Origin: Bacteroidales bacterium
GTDB taxonomy: Bacteria; Bacteroidota; Bacteroidia; Bacteroidales; VadinHA17
Direction: 5' to 3'
Length of the DNA: 64,000 nt
NCBI GenBank assembly: GCA_034679225.1
Contig: JAXDBC010000094.1
Location: forward strand, 960-64,959
Of this stretch, positions 57,075 to 64,000 are shown piece by piece. The notes below the pieces were generated by a model, which did no database searches, was not told where the DNA came from, and worked only from the letters and a program-made list of their open reading frames with translations. The number at the start of each line of letters is the position of its first letter. The stretch's first letter is position 1. The position numbers were made by a program, and so were the translations under genes.

Positions 57075-58637
57075 ATGAAGCGGAAAACAATAGTTTTACT
57101 GGCCATCCTGTTCTTCTTCGTTATTTCCGGCCTGATCCTGGTGCAGCTATACTGGATAAAAAACGCCATTGAAATAACCGACCAACAATTCCGCTACAAT
57201 GCCAACAAAGCCCTCGAATCGGTGGTACTCGACCTGGAAACCCAGGAAATAATCGATTACATAGTTGATGAGATTGAACCGGAATCAACCGATTCGGTAA
57301 CGGCAGTCATCCCGGCTAGATCAGCTCTTGCCAGCAGGCTCAGAGACTATAATTACGATATGATGCTTCCCGAGATTTATGGTTTCGGGAATCGCGGCAA
57401 TGACTTCATAGTTTCCAGTTCGGGACAAAAGATTTACATTACCGCGAAGGATATTTCTCCAATCCCCGAAGAGGATATTACCGAACCATCCGACCAGAGA
57501 ATAAATGCAGGGCTTTCAACAAGGGTAAGCAACAAGATAGTTTATGTCGAAAGAATAATGGAGCAGATACTTCAGACCACTCCCGACATAAGAGACAGAA
57601 TTGAGCCTGAAAAAATAACCCCGCTCCTCAGGAATGCACTTAACAACGCCGGCATACATCTCGACTTTGAATTCGCGATCAGGTCGGGCAGGCTGGGTAC
57701 CATCTGGAGAAGCCCAGGATTCACAGATGCTCCGGGAACCAACAAGTTTATTATCCAGCTTTTCCCCAACGATCCGGTTCCCAGCCAGAACCAGCTGGTG
57801 CTTTACTGCCTCCAGGAAAACCAGTATAAATTCAGACAGACCGGAGGCCTGGCAGGCCTTTCGCTGATATTTACCCTCCTCCTGCTGATGCTTGCAACAA
57901 GTACCTTCATAGTTATCTTCCGCCAGAAAAAAATGTCTGAAATAAGGAATGATTTCATAAATAACATGACTCATGAACTTAAGACTCCCATCTCAACCAT
58001 TTCACTGGCATCACAAATGATCTCCGATAAGTCAATCCCCGATGAGGATAAAAATATAATCCACCTCTCGGATATAATCTCTGATGAAAGCATGAGGCTC
58101 AAATTACAGGTCGAAAAGGTACTTCAGATGGCTGTCTTCGAGCGTATGAATACAAAACTGTCCTTCAATGAGGTGGATATCCACAACCTGGCCAGCAAAG
58201 CAGTAGATAATTTTTCGCTCCAGATAGCAGCGCGCGGAGGAAAAATTATCAAGGAACTAGGGGCGGAAAAACCCGTCGCCCTTGCCGATGAAGTCCATAT
58301 GCTCAATGCAATTTCAAACCTGATCGACAACGCCCTCAAATACTCCATCGAAACACCGGTGATAAGAATCCTGACCAGAAACAACAGGAAGGGACTGCTG
58401 ATATCGGTTGAAGATAAGGGGATAGGAATTAGCAAGGAAAACCTTAAAAGAGTATTTGACAAGTTCTACAGGGTTCACTCCGGAAATGTACACAATGTGA
58501 AAGGATTCGGACTCGGATTAAGCTATGTGAAAAAGATTATTGAAGAACATAACGGGACAATCAAGGTTGAAAGCCAGCCGGGTAAGGGATCGAAATTCAT
58601 TCTATTCATCCCCCAGAACGGGAATAAAAGAAACTGA
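57075..58637 (+). CDS. Sensor histidine kinase
   Basis: Two TM segments, H-box FINNMTHELKTPIS, N-box LIDNALKYS and G-boxes DKGIGI / GFGLGLS. Confidence 0.9.
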   Translation: MKRKTIVLLAILFFFVISGLILVQLYWIKNAIEITDQQFRYNANKALESVVLDLETQEIIDYIVDEIEPESTDSVTAVIPARSALASRLRDYNYDMMLPEIYGFGNRGNDFIVSSSGQKIYITAKDISPIPEEDITEPSDQRINAGLSTRVSNKIVYVERIMEQILQTTPDIRDRIEPEKITPLLRNALNNAGIHLDFEFAIRSGRLGTIWRSPGFTDAPGTNKFIIQLFPNDPVPSQNQLVLYCLQENQYKFRQTGGLAGLSLIFTLLLLMLATSTFIVIFRQKKMSEIRNDFINNMTHELKTPISTISLASQMISDKSIPDEDKNIIHLSDIISDESMRLKLQVEKVLQMAVFERMNTKLSFNEVDIHNLASKAVDNFSLQIAARGGKIIKELGAEKPVALADEVHMLNAISNLIDNALKYSIETPVIRILTRNNRKGLLISVEDKGIGISKENLKRVFDKFYRVHSGNVHNVKGFGLGLSYVKKIIEEHNGTIKVESQPGKGSKFILFIPQNGNKRN

Positions 58638-58687
58638 TCCTTTATGCAGAGCTCTGATAAACCCTATAATATAAACATTGTTGAAAG

Positions 58688-59374
58688 ATGAAGAAAAGAA
58701 TACTGCTTGCTGAAGATGACTCTAACCTGGGCTCATTGCTGAGAAATTACCTTCAGGCCAAGGAATATGAAACCAGCCTGTTCGTTAACGGAAGGGCGGC
58801 CCTGGAACATTTCAAGTCAGGAATGTACGACCTGTGCATTCTCGATATAATGATGCCCGAAATGGACGGACTGGCTCTCGCGAAGGCCATAAGAAACATC
58901 GATCCGGCTATCCCGGTGATCTTCCTCACCGCCAAAAATCAGGAGGAAGATGTTATCGAGGGTTTCAAGACGGGCGCCGACGATTACATCACCAAACCAT
59001 TCAACATGGAGGAGCTTCTGTACAGGATAGAAGCAATTTTCAGGAGAACAACCGCCGGGCCGGCCGAAATAAAAAATGAAGAACTGCACCAGATAGGAAC
59101 CTATGTCTTCGACAGTAAAAGGCACCTGCTGAACTTCAAAGATGCTCAGATCAGCCTCACAACCAAGGAATCGGAACTGCTCCTGCTGTTGTACCGGTAC
59201 AGAAATGAGATCCTCGAAAGGAACTATGCCCTGAAAACCATCTGGACCGACGACAACTACTTCAACGCCAGAAGTATGGACGTCTATATAACCAGGCTGA
59301 GAAAATACCTGAAGAAGGACCCGGAAGTGAAGATCCTGAACATACACGGCAAGGGGTACAGACTTATATGCTGA
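58688..59374 (+). CDS. OmpR-family response regulator transcription factor
   Basis: Receiver domain (LLAEDD...LCILDIMMPEMDG...TAK) plus a winged-helix C-domain (LTTKESELLLLL...YITRLRKYL). Confidence 0.9.
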   Translation: MKKRILLAEDDSNLGSLLRNYLQAKEYETSLFVNGRAALEHFKSGMYDLCILDIMMPEMDGLALAKAIRNIDPAIPVIFLTAKNQEEDVIEGFKTGADDYITKPFNMEELLYRIEAIFRRTTAGPAEIKNEELHQIGTYVFDSKRHLLNFKDAQISLTTKESELLLLLYRYRNEILERNYALKTIWTDDNYFNARSMDVYITRLRKYLKKDPEVKILNIHGKGYRLIC

Positions 59375-59520
59375 AAATAATACCCCGGCCAGTTTGAAAA
59401 GCCAGGGTATCGTGTTTAGGTTAGATAGAAGGGTGATTTTTATGAAGAACACTTCATTTTCCCGCGACTAATGTAAGAATTTTTTCCAAAATGCATCTTG
59501 CCGGAAAATAATTTCATCGC

Positions 59521-61308
59521 TCAGTCAAGCCTGAGCACCGCGAGAAAAGCCTGCTGGGGCACTTCGACATTCCCTATCTGCCGCATCCTCTTCTTTCCCT
59601 TCTTCTGCTTCTCAAGAAGCTTGCGCTTCCTGGTAATGTCGCCGCCATAGCATTTAGCCGTGACATCCTTTCTGACAGCCTTGACAGTCTCCCTCGATAT
59701 AATCTTGGCCCCGATTGCAGCCTGGATTGCAATGTCAAACTGCTGCCGCGGGATTAGCTCCTTAAGCTTCTCACAGATCTTCCTCCCGAAATCGTAAGCA
59801 TGACCCCTGTAAATCAAAGTGGAAAGTGCATCAACCATCTCCCCGTTCAGCAGAATGTCGAGCCGAACCAGATCGGCTTTCTGATAGTCTGTATAATAGT
59901 AATCAAATGAGGCATATCCCTTGGAGATGCTTTTAAGCTTGTCGTAGAAATCAAATACTATTTCTGAAAGAGGCATCTCAAATGTCAGCTCAACCCTGTC
60001 GCTGGTCAGGTAAACCTGGTTTTTTAGCGTACCTCTCTTATCGATGCAGAGATTCATGATAGCCCCCACATATTCGGCCTTGGTAATTAGCTGTGCAATA
60101 ATGTACGGTTCCTCGATGCGATCGATATAGTTGACTGCCGGAAGACCAGAAGGATTGTGAACATCAATCTCTTCACCCTTGGTAGTGTAGACCTTGTAGG
60201 ATACGTTGGGCACCGTGGTGATCACATCCATGTCGAATTCGCGGTCGAGCCTCTCCTGGATAATCTCCATGTGAAGCAGTCCCAGGAATCCGCACCTGAA
60301 TCCGAAGCCGAGAGCAGCCGATGATTCCGGTATGAACGACAGGGAAGCATCATTAAGCTGAAGCTTCTCTATCGATATCCTCAGATCATCGTATTCATCG
60401 GCATCCACAGGGTAAATACCTGCAAAAACCATGGGTTTCACATCCTCAAAACCTGCAATGGCCTTTGAACACGGATTATTAACATGCGTGATCGTATCCC
60501 CCACCCTCACCTCCGATGAATCCTTTATTCCCGAAATAATGTAACCCACATCTCCCGTACTCATTTCGTCGCGAGGTTCCGGCTTCATTTTCAGAATCCC
60601 TATCTCATCAGCCGTGTATTCATGATCGGTACTGAAAAACTTTACCCTGTCTCCTTTCCTTATAGTACCGTTGACTATCTTAAAATAAGCTATTATCCCC
60701 CTGAAGGAATTGAACATGGAATCAAAGATAAGCGCCTGAAGGGGCGCTTCCGGATCGCCTGCCGGAGCAGGAACAAGCTTGATTATCCTTTCGAGGATGG
60801 TGTCGATCCCCATGCCGGTTCTGGCGCTTGCTTCAATTATATCGTCCCTGTTGCAGCCAACCAGATCGACGATCTGATCCTTAACCTCATCGGGCATCGC
60901 ACTTGCCATGTCCATCTTGTTGAGTACGGGTATAATCTCGAGGTCATGATCGATGGCCATATAAAGATTGGAGATAGTCTGGGCCTGAATTCCCTGAGTG
61001 GCATCGATAACCAGCAGGGCTCCCTCGCAGGAAGCTATCGACCTGGATACTTCATAGGAGAAATCAACATGTCCGGGGGTATCAATAAGGTTCAGATAAT
61101 ACAATTCACCGTCGTGGAGGTATTCCATCTGGATGGCGTGGCTTTTTATGGTAATGCCTCTCTCCCTCTCCAGATCCATGTTGTCAAGTACCTGGTTCTG
61201 AAACTCCCTTTCATTGACAGTATTGGTCTTCTCGAGCAAACGATCGGCCAGGGTGCTTTTACCGTGGTCGATGTGTGCTATTATACAGAAATTCCTGATT
61301 CGATGCAT
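59521..61308 (-). CDS. lepA: Elongation factor 4
   Basis: 595 aa with the GTPase motif [23 protein letters not shown] and a LepA C-terminal domain. Confidence 0.95.
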   Translation of the reverse strand: MHRIRNFCIIAHIDHGKSTLADRLLEKTNTVNEREFQNQVLDNMDLERERGITIKSHAIQMEYLHDGELYYLNLIDTPGHVDFSYEVSRSIASCEGALLVIDATQGIQAQTISNLYMAIDHDLEIIPVLNKMDMASAMPDEVKDQIVDLVGCNRDDIIEASARTGMGIDTILERIIKLVPAPAGDPEAPLQALIFDSMFNSFRGIIAYFKIVNGTIRKGDRVKFFSTDHEYTADEIGILKMKPEPRDEMSTGDVGYIISGIKDSSEVRVGDTITHVNNPCSKAIAGFEDVKPMVFAGIYPVDADEYDDLRISIEKLQLNDASLSFIPESSAALGFGFRCGFLGLLHMEIIQERLDREFDMDVITTVPNVSYKVYTTKGEEIDVHNPSGLPAVNYIDRIEEPYIIAQLITKAEYVGAIMNLCIDKRGTLKNQVYLTSDRVELTFEMPLSEIVFDFYDKLKSISKGYASFDYYYTDYQKADLVRLDILLNGEMVDALSTLIYRGHAYDFGRKICEKLKELIPRQQFDIAIQAAIGAKIISRETVKAVRKDVTAKCYGGDITRKRKLLEKQKKGKKRMRQIGNVEVPQQAFLAVLRLD

Positions 61309-61365
61309 CCGGCTGATAATCTGAAAAACAGATGCAAATATATAAAATTATGAAATACACGGAGT

Positions 61366-61403
61366 ATTAAAACAAGCAGAGCCGGGGTATGCCCCGGCTC
61401 TGC
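61366..61403 (-). terminator. Intrinsic terminator after groEL
   Basis: Perfect 12-bp stem GCAGAGCCGGGG / CCCCGGCTCTGC (61376-61403) with a 4-nt loop, followed on the minus strand by TTGTTTTAAT. Confidence 0.8.
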
Positions 61404-61435
61404 ATTACAACTGTTATTCAGAAAAATATTATTTA

Positions 61436-63091
<1,656 letters not shown>

Positions 63092-63095
63092 TTAA

Positions 63096-63374
63096 TTACT
63101 GAATGAAAAGAATGTCTGACTGTGAGATGAGAAGATAATCTTCATTATCTATGTTCAGTTCCTGGCCTGAATACTTACCGTAGAGAACAACGTCCCCCTT
63201 CTTTACTTCCATCTCTTCATCTTTTTTCGGAGCCCCGACCATGACTACCGTGCCCTGACGGGGTTTTTCCTTTGCTGAATCAGGAATAATGATACCGCTT
63301 GCAGTCTTAGCTTCAGCTTCGTGAGGTTTTACAAGAACCTTCCCAGCCAATACCTTTCCTTTTACTTGTGCCAT
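63096..63374 (-). CDS. groES: Co-chaperonin GroES
   Basis: 92 aa immediately upstream of groEL, with the mobile-loop region KTASGIIIPDSAKEKP. Confidence 0.95.
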   Translation of the reverse strand: MAQVKGKVLAGKVLVKPHEAEAKTASGIIIPDSAKEKPRQGTVVMVGAPKKDEEMEVKKGDVVLYGKYSGQELNIDNEDYLLISQSDILFIQ

Positions 63375-63555
63375 CTTATTTAGTTTTAAAGTTAATGATT
63401 TGATTTCTGCCTCAACTTTTAGCGAAATTTATGCCAAACGGTTTTTTTCTGACTATCGGGGTAATAAGCCGACATTTTATCGGTCATATACTGACAATTT
63501 CATGCAAACATTCATGTCATGGTGACATATATTGTTGTATGCCAGATATATAAGC

Positions 63556-63600
63556 CATATAAAAATAAAGTGTCAGTTTATGACAAACTGACACTTTATT
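63556..63600 (-). terminator. Intrinsic terminator after secG
   Basis: Perfect 16-bp stem AATAAAGTGTCAGTTT / AAACTGACACTTTATT (63564-63600) with a 5-nt loop and a T-rich tail on the minus strand. Confidence 0.75.
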
Positions 63601-63622
63601 TAATACTTATATTATAAAACCC

Positions 63623-63991
63623 CTAGTCCTCAGGCTGTTGTTCGTTCCCTGAAGGTATTGATGCCCCATCAGTGGGAACAGCAGTGGGAAGTGTGGGAAT
63701 TGCATTCGGATCAACGGCATTCTGAATGGAACTTTCAATCCTTGAGCGTTCTGCACCCGCGCCGCGAGGTATTGCAGCAGTTGCAACAACACAGAGAGTA
63801 AGAATGGTTGCTGCAAGTGTCCATGTTGATTTTTCAAGGAAATCGGCTGTTTTCCTGATCCCCATCGACTGTCCGGCAGAAGTGAAATTGGCAGCCAAAC
63901 CACCTCCCTTTGAATTCTGAACCAGGACTATCAAAACCTGCAGTACGCAGGCAATGATTATCAATACTGAAATAAAAATATATATTCCCAT
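63623..63991 (-). CDS. secG: Preprotein translocase subunit SecG
   Basis: 122 aa with two TM helices flanking the LVQNSKGGGLA motif. Confidence 0.8.
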   Translation of the reverse strand: MGIYIFISVLIIIACVLQVLIVLVQNSKGGGLAANFTSAGQSMGIRKTADFLEKSTWTLAATILTLCVVATAAIPRGAGAERSRIESSIQNAVDPNAIPTLPTAVPTDGASIPSGNEQQPED

Positions 63992-64000
63992 TTCTATGCT

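Noticed and set aside
59380-59417. Imperfect hairpin ATACCCCGGC / GCCAGGGTAT after the response-regulator gene as a terminator
   Set aside because: It has one internal mismatch, an 11-nt loop and only a weak T-tract. This is too marginal to list as a feature.

Overview
This window reads as a chromosomal segment of a Bacteroidota bacterium. Supporting signs are two SusC/SusD pairs, SprB-type repeats, a T9SS type-B C-terminal domain, TAnnTTTG -7 promoter boxes, Hcp/HcpR and LptC. I can support 52 protein-coding genes, 2 tRNAs (Ser-GGA, Arg-CCG), six intrinsic terminators and several repeat or regulatory elements. The regions 0-33 kb and 49-64 kb are mostly ordinary housekeeping: gpmI, mfd, miaB, aspS, tadA, gdhA, dprA, ansA, leuS, purN, acpP-fabF-rnc, a two-component pair, lepA, groESL and secG. 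The stretch between the two tRNA genes (33.5-49.1 kb) is accessory. It holds hcpR/hcp, a tripartite HipB/HipS/HipT-like module with a phased operator array, three tandem Ig/SprB-repeat surface-protein genes, an unrecognisable gene paired with a stand-alone RelA/SpoT-type HD hydrolase, an AbiEi/AbiEii-like module bracketed by 27-bp direct repeats, and two AT-rich lipoprotein genes. The non-coding signals I rate highest are two. One is a 1.1-kb ORF-free region (18.9-20.0 kb) full of G/C-tract repeats, including a 133-bp duplication. The other is a family of G-rich degenerate heptad arrays sitting just after the stop codons of four + strand genes, one of them a clean (AGGGCRC)x8 G-quadruplex-type array. 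I saw no integrase, transposase, CRISPR array, cas gene or rRNA. All family names come from motif recognition by eye. No search was run, and GC statements are visual estimates.
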